DNA of 64,000 bases from Macrostomum lignano (Eukaryota). The notes under the pieces were generated by a model. The model ran no database searches and was not told the origin of the DNA. It saw nothing but the letters and a program-made list of their open reading frames with translations. Made by a program: the position numbers and the translations under genes. Shown piece after piece: positions 26,510-40,100 of this stretch; position 1 is the first letter of the stretch, and the number at the start of each line of letters is the position of its first letter. Location of the stretch: contig NIVC01000669.1 in assembly GCA_002269645.1 (NCBI GenBank), positions 62,001 through 126,000 on the forward strand. Direction: 5' to 3'.

Positions 26510-27165
26510 GCACCCTTTGAAGTACTTAGGGGTAGCGGCACTCTTTGAAGTATTGAGGGGTAGCGGCACCCTTTGAAGTATTGAGGGGTAGCGGCACACT
26601 TTGAAGTATTGAGGGGTAGCGGCACACTTTGAAGTATTGAGGGGTAGCGGCACACTTTGAAGTACTGAGGGGTAACGGCACACTTTGAAGTATTGAGGGG
26701 TAGCGGCACTCTTTGAAGCACTGAGGGGTAGCGGCACACTTTGAAGTATTGAGGGGTAGCGGCACACTTTGAAGTATTGAGGGGTAGCGGCACACTTTGA
26801 AGTATTGAGGGGTAGCGGCACACTTTGAAGTATTGAGGGGTAGCGGCACACTTTGAAGTATTGAGGGGTAGCGGCACTCTTTGAAGCACTGAGGGGTAGC
26901 GGCACACTTTGAAGTATTGAGGGGTAGCGGCACACTTTGAAGTATTGAGGGGTAGCGGCACACTTTGAAGTATTGAGGGGTAGCGGCACACTTTGAAGTA
27001 TTGAGGGGTAGCGGCACACTTTGAAGTATGAGGGGTAGCGGCACACTTTGAAGTATTGAGGGGTAGCGGCACACTTTGAAGTATTGAGGGGTAGCGGCAC
27101 TCTTTGAATCACTGAGGGGTAGCGGCACACTTTGAAGCACTGATGGGTAGCGGCACCCTTTGAAG
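26510..27165. repeat. Minisatellite, 28 bp unit
   Basis: GAAGTATTGAGGGGTAGCGGCACACTTT. Confidence 0.95.
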
Positions 27166-28150
27166 CATTGAGCTATGCAACCCTCTGCTACAATCATGCG
27201 ATTCAAAACATCATGCAATTCGAGCTAAAGCCGTCAAAGCATTGACGTCAAGGAGTGTGAACATTACCTCTAAATTGACAGTTCAATTTTCTACTAGAGA
27301 ACACTTGACTAAGCTTTAGTAAAGTGATGAAAAAAAGAGACAAAAGAATAACAATTCAGCTCAGTGAAAGTTGCGGAGTTCCACAAATGTTGATCTTTAG
27401 TTAGCATTTATATACTAAAGCGACGGCTATAAAGAAGTGTTATTAGTGAAAGACTAATCTTGTTTTCTATTATTGAAAGTTATTGACAATAACAGCGGCA
27501 TATTACGGGCTAAAACAATCAATATAACTTTATATTGCACAGTTGAAAGATTTCAAATTCAAAGTAAAAATAATCAAGTAAAATTGCACAAAATGTCATG
27601 GAAAAAACTATTGTAATGAAAAGCCTCATAAAAAATAATGTTGGTCATTGCTCGGATTTTGTAAATTAAAATCAAGTTTGATCAGAATTAAAGTACAAAG
27701 TGGCACATCAATTAACAGCCATGGAAGGCAGCAAATATTGGGCTTAACAAATTAGAAATCAAAAAGACGAAAAATCCAAATCTCGAATATAAAATCAACT
27801 AAAACAAGTGTTGAAACCGAATGTCACGTTAAAAATAGAAAACATACTGTTTTAGAAACATATAACGGGAACGTTGTTTTATTGCAAACAAATGCGACAA
27901 TACTAGTCAACTTATCTAATGGAAACAGCCCGCCAGACTATAAAAGATGGCGGCTAGATGAAACACATCACAGCTACTCTCTATTCAGTTAGTAGCAAGT
28001 AAAGAATGTAGCGACTATTTTATGTGAGAATATACATACTACTGAATAAAAAGTAGCTTAATAATGGTCCATCCACTAGATTATGCATAATATCTTTGAT
28101 TTAGACGCACGCGAATGGAAGACACAATAAATAATGAATATAGTTACATC

Positions 28151-31100
28151 TCAGTTAATAGTGCAAACCGGGCTCTCCTTATCGTCTACCGGCTTCACCG
28201 GATCATTGATGCCCGAGCCCAGTTCGGCCGATCGCTTAGCTGACGTCATCACCGCCTGCCACAGGGCGGCCCTGAAGCCGCGAGCCTCCAGCTCCGATAG
28301 GCCGGCAATGGTGGTGCCGCCCGGACTGGTGATGGCGTCACGGAGCTCGGCCGGACTCTGGCCGGACTGCAGAGCCAGCAGGCCGGCGCCGTGGACAGTC
28401 TGGCAGACCAGGCGCTGCGCCAGGGAGCTGCGGTTGATTTTTTTGTCGATTGCAATGATGACGAATGGGAAGCTGATCCATGGGCAATGGAATACTGACA
28501 TCTACCATAAGTCAGGTTATCCCCCAAGTTGTATGCAGTTAAAGTATATTGTCTTTCTTAGTTCCATAGTGAGAGGGACGGTCTTAATGGTTAATGAAAA
28601 TTGAGCCGGAGTACTCAGATTCTATTCCGTGCACAAGGCAGGCCCAAGATAAAGGCACTGCGTGTGTACACCTGTGGATGCAGTTGGCGTCACAGGGCCC
28701 CAGCTTAGGCTGGTTAGGAGAAAGTGGAGAAATATGACTCAAGTAGAGTTGGATTAAGGCTGCCACTTGTTGACCACCTGTTTTCGCCTTTTCGGGGTGG
28801 AAAATTTAAATGTGTTGCGGTGTGTAGTTTCCTACTCACTGACTTTGATAGGGTGCTTTCATATCTCCGACAATTCATATTTACGAGAAGCTTAGCAATG
28901 GACTTCATATCTCCAAATAGCTTAACCCTAATCCAAAGCCTAACCCTAACGAAGATGTCAAGTGTCAGAGATGTGAAGTGTCGGAGATATGAAGTGTCTG
29001 AAATGTAAAGTGTCTGAAATGTAAAGTGTCGGAGATATGAAGTGTCTGAAATGTAAAGTGTCTGAAATGTAAAGTGTCGGAGATATGAAGTGTCTGAGAT
29101 GTAAAGTGTCAGAGATGTAAAGTGTCAGAGATGTGAAGTGTCTGAGATGTAGTGTCAGAGATGTAAAGTGTCAGAGATGTAAAGTGTCAGAGATGTAAAG
29201 TGTCAGAGATGTAAAGTGTCAGAGATGTAAAGTGTCTGAGATGTAGTGTCAGAGATGTAAAGTGTCAGAGATGTAGTGTCGGAGATGTAAAGTGTCGGAG
29301 ATATGAAGTGTCTGAGATGTAAAGTGTCTGAGATATGAAGTGTCTGAGATGTAAAGTGTCTGAGATGTAAAGTGTCTGAGATGTAAAGTGTCAGAGATGT
29401 AGTGTCAGAGATGTAAAGTGTCAGAGATGTAAAGTGTCAGAGATGTAAAGTGTCTGAGATGTAAAGTGTCAGAGATGTAGTGTCAGAGATGTAAAGTGTC
29501 AGAGATGTAAAGTGTCAGAGATGTAGTGTCAGAGATGTAAAGTGTCAGAGATGTAGTGTCAGAGATGTAAAGTGTCAGAGATGTAAAGTGTCGGAGATAT
29601 AAAGTGTCGGAGATATGAAGTGTCTGAGATGTAAAGTGTCAGAGATGTAGTGTCAGAGATGTAAAGTGTCAGAGATGTAAAGTGTCAGAGATGTAAAGTG
29701 TCAGAGATGTAAAGTGTCAGAGATGTAAAGTGTCAGAGATGTAGTGTCAGAGATGTAAAGTGTCAGAGATGTAAAGTGTCTGAGATGTAAAGTGTCAGAG
29801 ATGTAGTGTCAGAGATGTAAAGTGTCAGAGATGTAAAGTGTCGGAGATGTAGTGTCAGAGATGTAAAGTGTCTGAGATGTAGTGTCAGAGATGTAAAGTG
29901 TCTGAGATGTAGTGTCAGAGATGTAAAGTGTCAGAGATGTAGTGTCAGAGATGTAAAGTGTCAGAGATGTAGTGTCAGAGATGTAAAGTGTCTGAGATGT
30001 AGTGTCGGAGATGTAAAGTGTCGGAGATATGAAGTGTCTGAGATGTAAAGTGTCAGAGATGTAGTGTCAGAGATGTAAAGTGTCGGAGATGTAGTGTCAG
30101 AGATGTAAAGTGTCAGAGATGTAGTGTCAGAGATGTAGTGTCAGAGATGTAAAGTGTCAGAGATGTAGTGTCAGAGATGTAAAGTGTCAGAGATGTAAAG
30201 TGTCAGAGATGTAAAGTGTCAGAGATGTAAAGTGTCAGAGATGTAAAGTGTCTGAGATGTAAAGTGTCAGAGATGTAGTGTCAGAGATGTAAAGTGTCAG
30301 AGATGTAAAGTGTCAGAGATGTAAAGTGTCAGAGATGTAAAGTGTCAGAGATGTAGTGTCAGAGATGTAAAGTGTCAGAGATGTAAAGTGTCGGAGATAC
30401 GAAGTGTCTGAGGTGTAAAGTGTCAGAGATGTAGTGTCAGAGATGTAAAGTGTCAGAGATGTAAAGTGTCAGAGATGTAAAGTGTCAGAGATGTAAAGTG
30501 TCAGAGATGTAAAGTGTCAGAGATGTAGTGTCAGAGATGTAAAGTGTCGGAGATGTAAAGTGTCTGAGATGTAAAGTCAGAGATGTAAAGTGTCGGAGAT
30601 GTAGTGTCAGAGATGTAAAGTGTCAGAGATGTAGTGTCAGAGATGTAAAGTGTCAGAGATGTAGTGTCAGAGATGTAAAGTGTCAGAGATGTAAAGTGTC
30701 GGAGATGTAAAGTGTCAGAGATGTAAAGTGTCAGAGATGTAAAGTGTCGGAGATGTAGTGTCAGAGATGTAAAGTGTCAGAGATGTAAAGTGTCTGAGAT
30801 GTAAAGTGTCAGAGATGTAAAGTGTCAGAGATGTAAAGTGTCAGAGATGTAGTGTCAGAGATGTAAAGTGTCAGAGATGTAGTGTCAGAGATGTAAAGTG
30901 TCAGAGATGTAGTGTCAGAGATGTAAAGTGTCAGAGATGTAAAGTGTCAGAGATGTAGTGTCAGAGATGTAAAGTGTCAGAGATGTAAAGTGTCAGAGAT
31001 GTAAAGTGTCAGAGATGTAAAGTGTCTGAGATGTAAAGTGTCAGAGATGTAGTGTCAGAGATGTAAAGTGTCAGAGATGTAAAGTGTCAGAGATGTAAAG

Positions 31101-34100
31101 TGTCAGAGATGTAGTGTCAGAGATGTAGTGTCAGAGATGTAAAGTGTCAGAGATGTAGTGTCAGAGATGTAAAGTGTCAGAGATGTAAAGTGTCGGAGAT
31201 ACGAAGTGTCTGAGGTGTAAAGTGTCAGAGATGTAGTGTCAGAGATGTAAAGTGTCAGAGATGTAAAGTGTCTGAGATGTAAAGTGTCAGAGATGTAAAG
31301 TGTCAGAGATGTAGTGTCAGAGATGTAAAGTGTCAGAGATGTAAAGTGTCAGAGATGTAAAGTGTCGGAGATGTAGTGTCAGAGATGTAAAGTGTCAGAG
31401 ATGTAGTGTCAGAGATGTAAAGTGTCAGAGATGTAAAGTGTCAGAGATGTGAAGTGTCTGAGATGTAGTGTCAGAGATGTAAAGTGTCAGAGATGTAAAG
31501 TGTCAGAGATGTAAAGTGTCGGAGATGTAAAGTGTCAGAGATGTAAAGTGTCAGAGATGTAAAGTGTCTGAGATGTAGTGTCAGAGATGTAAAGTGTCAG
31601 AGATGTAGTGTCGGAGATGTAAAGTGTCGGAGATATGAAGTGTCTGAGATGTAAAGTGTCTGAGATATGAAGTGTCTGAGATGTAAAGTGTCTGAGATGT
31701 AAAGTGTCTGAGATGTAAAGTGTCAGAGATGTAGTGTCAGAGATGTAAAGTGTCAGAGATGTAAAGTGTCAGAGATGTAAAGTGTCTGAGATGTAAAGTG
31801 TCAGAGATGTAGTGTCAGAGATGTAAAGTGTCAGAGATGTAAAGTGTCAGAGATGTAGTGTCAGAGATGTAAAGTGTCAGAGATGTAGTGTCAGAGATGT
31901 AAAGTGTCAGAGATGTAAAGTGTCGGAGATATAAAGTGTCGGAGATATGAAGTGTCTGAGATGTAAAGTGTCAGAGATGTAGTGTCAGAGATGTAAAGTG
32001 TCAGAGATGTAAAGTGTCAGAGATGTAAAGTGTCAGAGATGTAAAGTGTCAGAGATGTAAAGTGTCAGAGATGTAGTGTCAGAGATGTAAAGTGTCAGAG
32101 ATGTAAAGTGTCTGAGATGTAAAGTGTCAGAGATGTAGTGTCAGAGATGTAAAGTGTCAGAGATGTAAAGTGTCGGAGATGTAGTGTCAGAGATGTAAAG
32201 TGTCTGAGATGTAGTGTCAGAGATGTAAAGTGTCTGAGATGTAGTGTCAGAGATGTAAAGTGTCAGAGATGTAGTGTCAGAGATGTAAAGTGTCAGAGAT
32301 GTAGTGTCAGAGATGTAAAGTGTCTGAGATGTAGTGTCGGAGATGTAAAGTGTCGGAGATATGAAGTGTCTGAGATGTAAAGTGTCAGAGATGTAGTGTC
32401 AGAGATGTAAAGTGTCGGAGATGTAGTGTCAGAGATGTAAAGTGTCAGAGATGTAGTGTCAGAGATGTAGTGTCAGAGATGTAAAGTGTCAGAGATGTAG
32501 TGTCAGAGATGTAAAGTGTCAGAGATGTAAAGTGTCAGAGATGTAAAGTGTCAGAGATGTAAAGTGTCTGAGATGTAAAGTGTCAGAGATGTAGTGTCAG
32601 AGATGTAAAGTGTCAGAGATGTAAAGTGTCAGAGATGTAAAGTGTCAGAGATGTAAAGTGTCAGAGATGTAGTGTCAGAGATGTAAAGTGTCAGAGATGT
32701 AAAGTGTCGGAGATACGAAGTGTCTGAGGTGTAAAGTGTCAGAGATGTAGTGTCAGAGATGTAAAGTGTCAGAGATGTAAAGTGTCAGAGATGTAAAGTG
32801 TCAGAGATGTAAAGTGTCAGAGATGTAAAGTGTCAGAGATGTAGTGTCAGAGATGTAAAGTGTCGGAGATGTAAAGTGTCTGAGATGTAAAGTCAGAGAT
32901 GTAAAGTGTCGGAGATGTAGTGTCAGAGATGTAAAGTGTCAGAGATGTAGTGTCAGAGATGTAAAGTGTCAGAGATGTAGTGTCAGAGATGTAAAGTGTC
33001 AGAGATGTAAAGTGTCGGAGATGTAAAGTGTCAGAGATGTAAAGTGTCAGAGATGTAAAGTGTCGGAGATGTAGTGTCAGAGATGTAAAGTGTCAGAGAT
33101 GTAAAGTGTCTGAGATGTAAAGTGTCAGAGATGTAAAGTGTCAGAGATGTAAAGTGTCAGAGATGTAGTGTCAGAGATGTAAAGTGTCAGAGATGTAGTG
33201 TCAGAGATGTAAAGTGTCAGAGATGTAGTGTCAGAGATGTAAAGTGTCAGAGATGTAAAGTGTCAGAGATGTAGTGTCAGAGATGTAAAGTGTCAGAGAT
33301 GTAAAGTGTCAGAGATGTAAAGTGTCAGAGATGTAAAGTGTCTGAGATGTAAAGTGTCAGAGATGTAGTGTCAGAGATGTAAAGTGTCAGAGATGTAAAG
33401 TGTCAGAGATGTAAAGTGTCAGAGATGTAGTGTCAGAGATGTAGTGTCAGAGATGTAAAGTGTCAGAGATGTAGTGTCAGAGATGTAAAGTGTCAGAGAT
33501 GTAAAGTGTCGGAGATACGAAGTGTCTGAGGTGTAAAGTGTCAGAGATGTAGTGTCAGAGATGTAAAGTGTCAGAGATGTAAAGTGTCTGAGATGTAAAG
33601 TGTCAGAGATGTAAAGTGTCAGAGATGTAAAGTGTCAGAGATGTAAAGTGTCAGAGATGTAAAGTGTCGGAGATGTAGTGTCAGAGATGTAAAGTGTCAG
33701 AGATGTAGTGTCAGAGATGTAAAGTGTCAGAGATGTAAAGTGTCAGAGATGTGAAGTGTCTGAGATGTAGTGTCAGAGATGTAAAGTGTCAGAGATGTAA
33801 AGTGTCAGAGATGTAAAGTGTCGGAGATGTAAAGTGTCAGAGATGTAAAGTGTCAGAGATGTAAAGTGTCTGAGATGTAGTGTCAGAGATGTAAAGTGTC
33901 AGAGATGTAGTGTCGGAGATGTAAAGTGTCGGAGATATGAAGTGTCTGAGATGTAAAGTGTCTGAGATATGAAGTGTCTGAGATGTAAAGTGTCTGAGAT
34001 GTAAAGTGTCTGAGATGTAAAGTGTCAGAGATGTAGTGTCAGAGATGTAAAGTGTCAGAGATGTAAAGTGTCAGAGATGTAAAGTGTCTGAGATGTAAAG

Positions 34101-37100
34101 TGTCAGAGATGTAGTGTCAGAGATGTAAAGTGTCAGAGATGTAAAGTGTCAGAGATGTAGTGTCAGAGATGTAAAGTGTCAGAGATGTAGTGTCAGAGAT
34201 GTAAAGTGTCAGAGATGTAAAGTGTCGGAGATATAAAGTGTCGAGATATGAAGTGTCTGAGATGTAAAGTGTCAGAGATGTAGTGTCAGAGATGTAAAGT
34301 GTCAGAGATGTAAAGTGTCAGAGATGTAAAGTGTCAGAGATGTAAAGTGTCAGAGATGTAAAGTGTCAGAGATGTAGTGTCAGAGATGTAAAGTGTCAGA
34401 GATGTAAAGTGTCTGAGATGTAAAGTGTCAGAGATGTAGTGTCAGAGATGTAAAGTGTCAGAGATGTAAAGTGTCGGAGATGTAGTGTCAGAGATGTAAA
34501 GTGTCTGAGATGTAGTGTCAGAGATGTAAAGTGTCTGAGATGTAGTGTCAGAGATGTAAAGTGTCAGAGATGTAGTGTCAGAGATGTAAAGTGTCAGAGA
34601 TGTAGTGTCAGAGATGTAAAGTGTCTGAGATGTAGTGTCGGAGATGTAAAGTGTCGAGATATGAAGTGTCTGAGATGTAAAGTGTCAGAGATGTAGTGTC
34701 AGAGATGTAAAGTGTCGGAGATGTAGTGTCAGAGATGTAAAGTGTCAGAGATGTAGTGTCAGAGATGTAGTGTCAGAGATGTAAAGTGTCAGAGATGTAG
34801 TGTCAGAGATGTAAAGTGTCAGAGATGTAAAGTGTCAGAGATGTAAAGTGTCAGAGATGTAAAGTGTCTGAGATGTAAAGTGTCAGAGATGTAGTGTCAG
34901 AGATGTAAAGTGTCAGAGATGTAAAGTGTCAGAGATGTAAAGTGTCAGAGATGTAAAGTGTCAGAGATGTAGTGTCAGAGATGTAAAGTGTCAGAGATGT
35001 AAAGTGTCGAGATACGAAGTGTCTGAGGTGTAAAGTGTCAGAGATGTAGTGTCAGAGATGTAAAGTGTCAGAGATGTAAAGTGTCAGAGATGTAAAGTGT
35101 CAGAGATGTAAAGTGTCAGAGATGTAAAGTGTCAGAGATGTAGTGTCAGAGATGTAAAGTGTCAGAGATGTAAAGTGTCTGAGATGTAAAGTCAGAGATG
35201 TAAAGTGTCAGAGATGTAGTGTCAGAGATGTAAAGTGTCAGAGATGTAGTGTCAGAGATGTAAAGTGTCAGAGATGTAGTGTCAGAGATGTAAAGTGTCA
35301 GAGATGTAAAGTGTCGGAGATGTAAAGTGTCAGAGATGTAAAGTGTCAGAGATGTAAAGTGTCGAGATGTAGTGTCAGAGATGTAAAGTGTCAGAGATGT
35401 AAAGTGTCTGAGATGTAAAGTGTCAGAGATGTAAAGTGTCAGAGATGTAAAGTGTCAGAGATGTAGTGTCAGAGATGTAAAGTGTCAGAGATGTAGTGTC
35501 AGAGATGTAAAGTGTCAGAGATGTAGTGTCAGAGATGTAAAGTGTCAGAGATGTAAAGTGTCAGAGATGTAGTGTCAGAGATGTAAAGTGTCAGAGATGT
35601 AAAGTGTCAGAGATGTAAAGTGTCAGAGATGTAAAGTGTCTGAGATGTAAAGTGTCAGAGATGTAGTGTCAGAGATGTAAAGTGTCAGAGATGTAAAGTG
35701 TCAGAGATGTAAAGTGTCAGAGATGTAGTGTCAGAGATGTAGTGTCAGAGATGTAAAGTGTCAGAGATGTAGTGTCAGAGATGTAAAGTGTCAGAGATGT
35801 AAAGTGTCGGAGATACGAAGTGTCTGAGGTGTAAAGTGTCAGAGATGTAGTGTCAGAGATGTAAAGTGTCAGAGATGTAAAGTGTCTGAGATGTAAAGTG
35901 TCAGAGATGTAAAGTGTCAGAGATGTAGTGTCAGAGATGTAAAGTGTCAGAGATGTAAAGTGTCAGAGATGTAAAGTGTCGGAGATGTAGTGTCAGAGAT
36001 GTAAAGTGTCTGAGATGTAAAGTGTCAGAGATGTAAAGTGTCAGAGATGTAGTGTCAGAGATGTAAAGTGTCAGAGATGTAAAGTGTCAGAGATGTAAAG
36101 TGTCTGAAATGTAAAGTGTCTGAGATGTAAAGTGTCAGAGATGTAAAGTGTCAGAGATGTAAAGTGTCAGAGATGTAAAGTGTCGGAGATGTAAAGTGTC
36201 AGAGATGTAAAGTGTCGGAGATGTAAAGTGTCTGAGATGTAAAGTGTCAGAGATGTAGTGTCAGAGATGTAAAGTGTCAGAGATGTAAAGTGTCAGAGAT
36301 GTAAAGTGTCAGAGATGTAGTGTCAGAGATGTAGTGTCAGAGATGTAAAGTGTCAGAGATGTAGTGTCAGAGATGTAAAGTGTCAGAGATGTAAAGTGTC
36401 GGAGATACGAAGTGTCTGAGGTGTAAAGTGTCAGAGATGTAGTGTCAGAGATGTAAAGTGTCAGAGATGTAAAGTGTCAGAGATGTAAAGTGTCAGAGAT
36501 GTAAAGTGTCAGAGATGTAAAGTGTCAGAGATGTAAAGTGTCAGAGATGTAAAGTGTCAGAGATGTAAAGTGTCGGAGATGTAAAGTGTCTGAGATGTAA
36601 AGTGTCAGAGATGTAAAGTGTCAGAGATGTAAAGTGTCTGAGATGTAAAGTGTCAGAGATGTAAAGTGTCAGAGATGTAGTGTCAGAGATGTAAAGTGTC
36701 AGAGATGTAAAGTGTCAGAGATGTAAAGTGTCGGAGATGTAGTGTCAGAGATGTAAAGTGTCAGAGATGTAGTGTCAGAGATGGAAAGTGTCAGAGATGT
36801 AAAGTGTCGGAGATACGAAGTGTCTGAGGTGTAAAGTGTCAGAGATGTAGTGTCAGAGATGTAAAGTGTCAGAGATGTATAAAGTGTCAGAGATGTAAAG
36901 TGTCAGAGATGTAAAGTGTCAGAGATGTAAAGTGTCAGAGATGTAAAGTGTCAGAGATGTAGTGTCAGAGATGTAAAGTGTCGGAGATGTAAAGTGTCTG
37001 AGATGTAAAGTCAGAGATGTAAAGTGTCAGAGATGTAGTGTCAGAGATGTAAAGTGTCAGAGATGTAGTGTCAGAGATGTAAAGTGTCAGAGATGTAGTG

Positions 37101-40100
37101 TCAGAGATGTAAAGTGTCAGAGATGTAAAGTGTCGGAGATGTAGTGTCAGAGATGTAAAGTGTCAGAGATGTAAAGTGTCTGAGATGTAAAGTGTCAGAG
37201 ATGTAAAGTGTCAGAGATGTAAAGTGTCAGAGATGTAGTGTCAGAGATGTAAAGTGTCAGAGATGTAGTGTCAGAGATGTAAAGTGTCAGAGATGTAGTG
37301 TCAGAGATGTAGTGTCAGAGATGTAAAGTGTCAGAGATGTAGTGTCAGAGATGTAAAGTGTCAGAGATGTAAAGTGTCAGAGATGTAAAGTGTCAGAGAT
37401 GTAAAGTGTCTGAGATGTAAAGTGTCAGAGATGTAGTGTCAGAGATGTAAAGTGTCAGAGATGTAAAGTGTCAGAGATGTAAAGTGTCAGAGATGTAGTG
37501 TCAGAGATGTAGTGTCAGAGATGTAAAGTGTCAGAGATGTAGTGTCAGAGATGTAAAGTGTCAGAGATGTAAAGTGTCTGAGGTGTAAAGTGTCAGAGAT
37601 GTAGTGTCAGAGATGTAAAGTGTCAGAGATGTAAAGTGTCAGAGATGTAAAGTGTCAGAGATGTAAAGTGTCAGAGATGTAAAGTGTCAGAGATGTAAAG
37701 TGTCAGAGATGTAAAGTGTCAGAGATGTAAAGTGTCAGAGATGTAAAGTGTCAGAGATGTAAAGTGTCGGAGATGTAAAGTGTCTGAGATGTAAAGTCAG
37801 AGATGTAAAGTGTCAGAGATGTAGTGTCAGAGATGTAAAGTGTCAGAGATGTAGTGTCAGAGATGTAAAGTGTCAGAGATGTAAAGTGTCAGAGATGTAA
37901 AGTGTCAGAGATGTAAAGTGTCAGAGATGTAAAGTGTCAGAGATGTAAAGTGTCAGAGATGTAAAGTGTCAGAGATGTAAAGTGTCAGAGATGTAAAGTG
38001 TCGGAGATGTAAAGTGTCAGAGATGTAAAGTGTCAGAGATGTAAAGTGTCGGAGATGTAAAGTGTCAGAGATGTAAAGTGTCGGAGATGTAAAGTGTCAG
38101 AGATGTAGTGTCAGAGATGTAAAGTGTCAGAGATGTAAAGTGTCAGAGATGTAAAGTGTCAGAGATGTAAAGTGTCGGAGATGTAAAGTGTCAGAGATGT
38201 AAAGTGTCGGAGATGTAAAGTGTCAGAGATGTAAAGTGTCAGAGATGTAAAGTGTCAGAGATGTAAAGTGTCGGAGATGTAGTGTCAGAGATGTAAAGTG
38301 TCAGAGATGTAAAGTGTCAGAGATGTAAAGTGTCAGAGATGTAAAGTGTCAGAGATGTAAAGTGTCAGAGATGTAAAGTGTCAGAGATGTAAAGTGTCAG
38401 AGATGTAAAGTGTCGGAGATGTAGTGTCAGAGATGTAAAGTGTCAGAGATGTAAAGTGTCAGAGATGTAAAGTGTCGGAGATGTAGTGTCAGAGATGTAA
38501 AGTGTCAGAGATGTAAAGTGTCAGAGATGTAAAGTGTCAGAGATGTAGTGTCAGAGATGTAAAGTGTCGGAGATGTAGTGTCAGAGATGTAAAGTGTCAG
38601 AGATGTAAAGTGTCAGAGATGTAAAGTGTCGGAGATGTAAAGTGTCAGAGATGTAAAGTGTCAGAGATGTAGTGTCAGAGATGTAAAGTGTCAGAGATGT
38701 AAAGTGTCGGAGATGTAAAGTGTCAGAGATGTAAAGTGTCAGAGATGTAAAGTGTCAGAGATGTAAAGTGTCGGAGATGTAAAGTGTCAGAGATGTAAAG
38801 TGTCAGAGATGTAAAGTGTCAGAGATGTAAAGTGTCAGAGATGTAAAGTGTCAGAGATGTAAAGTGTCAGAGATGTAAAGTGTCGGAGATGTAGTGTCAG
38901 AGATGTAAAGTGTCAGAGATGTAGTGTCAGAGATGTAAAGTGTCAGAGATGTAAAGTGTCGGAGATGTAAAGTGTCAGAGATGTAAAGTGTCGGAGATGT
39001 AAAGTGTCAGAGATGTAAAGTGTCAGAGATGTAAAGTGTCGGAGATGTAAAGTGTCAGAGATGTAAAGTGTCAGAGATGTAAAGTGTCAGAGATGTAAAG
39101 TGTCAGAGATGTAAAGTGTCAGAGATGTAAAGTGTCGGAGATGTAGTGTCAGAGATGTAAAGTGTCAGAGATGTAGTGTCAGAGATGTAAAGTGTCAGAG
39201 ATGTAGTGTCAGAGATGTAAAGTGTCAGAGATGTAAAGTGTCAGAGATGTAAAGTGTCAGAGATGTAAAGTGTCGGAGATGTAAAGTGTCAGAGATGTAG
39301 TGTCAGAGATGTAAAGTGTCAGAGATGTAGTGTCAGAGATGTAAAGTGTCAGAGATGTAAAGTGTCAGAGATGTAAAGTGTCAGAGATGTAAAGTGTCGA
39401 GATGTAAAGTGTCAGAGATGTAGTGTCAGAGATGTAAAGTGTCAGAGATGTAGTGTCAGAGATGTAAAGTGTCAGAGATGTAAAGTGTCAGAGATGTAAA
39501 GTGTCAGAGATGTAAAGTGTCGGAGATGTAAAGTGTCAGAGATGTAAAGTGTCAGAGATGTAAAGTGTCAGAGATGTAGTGTCAGAGATGTAAAGTGTCA
39601 GAGATGTAAAGTGTCAGAGATGTAAAGTGTCAGAGATGTAAAGTGTCAGAGATGTAAAGTGTCAGAGATGTAAAGTGTCGGAGATGTAAAGTGTCAGAGA
39701 TGTAAAGTGTCAGAGATGTAAAGTGTCAGAGATGTAAAGTGTCGGAGATGTAAAGTGTCGGAGATGTAAAGTGTCTGAGATGTAAAGTGTCAGAGATGTA
39801 AAGTGTCTGAGATGTAAAGTGTCTGAGATGTAGTGTCAGAGATATAAAGTGTCGGAGATGTGAAGTGTAGGAGATACGAAGTGTCCCAGAGGTGAAGTGT
39901 CGGAGATGTGAAGTGTCGGGGTTGTGAAAGAAGCTGCTTTTTGGATATGAAACCCTCCTTTGATTTACAAATGTGCTTAATGCCCCCTGTGAGCTATCTG
40001 AAGTAAGCAATTGTCAGTACAAACACTAAATACAATAAACTTAAATACAATAAATATGCTATAAAACGTAGCCGCTATGACACTCTTGCGGCAACAAAAA

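Noticed and set aside
26417-27218. Cys-containing repeat ORFs up to 237 aa (also 1752-2027, 25433-25943, 56869-57410)
   Set aside because: Minisatellite or microsatellite translations; only the 57069-56900 part is a real LIN28 exon.
28922-28950. CCCTAA telomere-like motifs
   Set aside because: Only two to three imperfect units, too short for an interstitial telomere; better explained as a subterminal motif of the element around the satellite.
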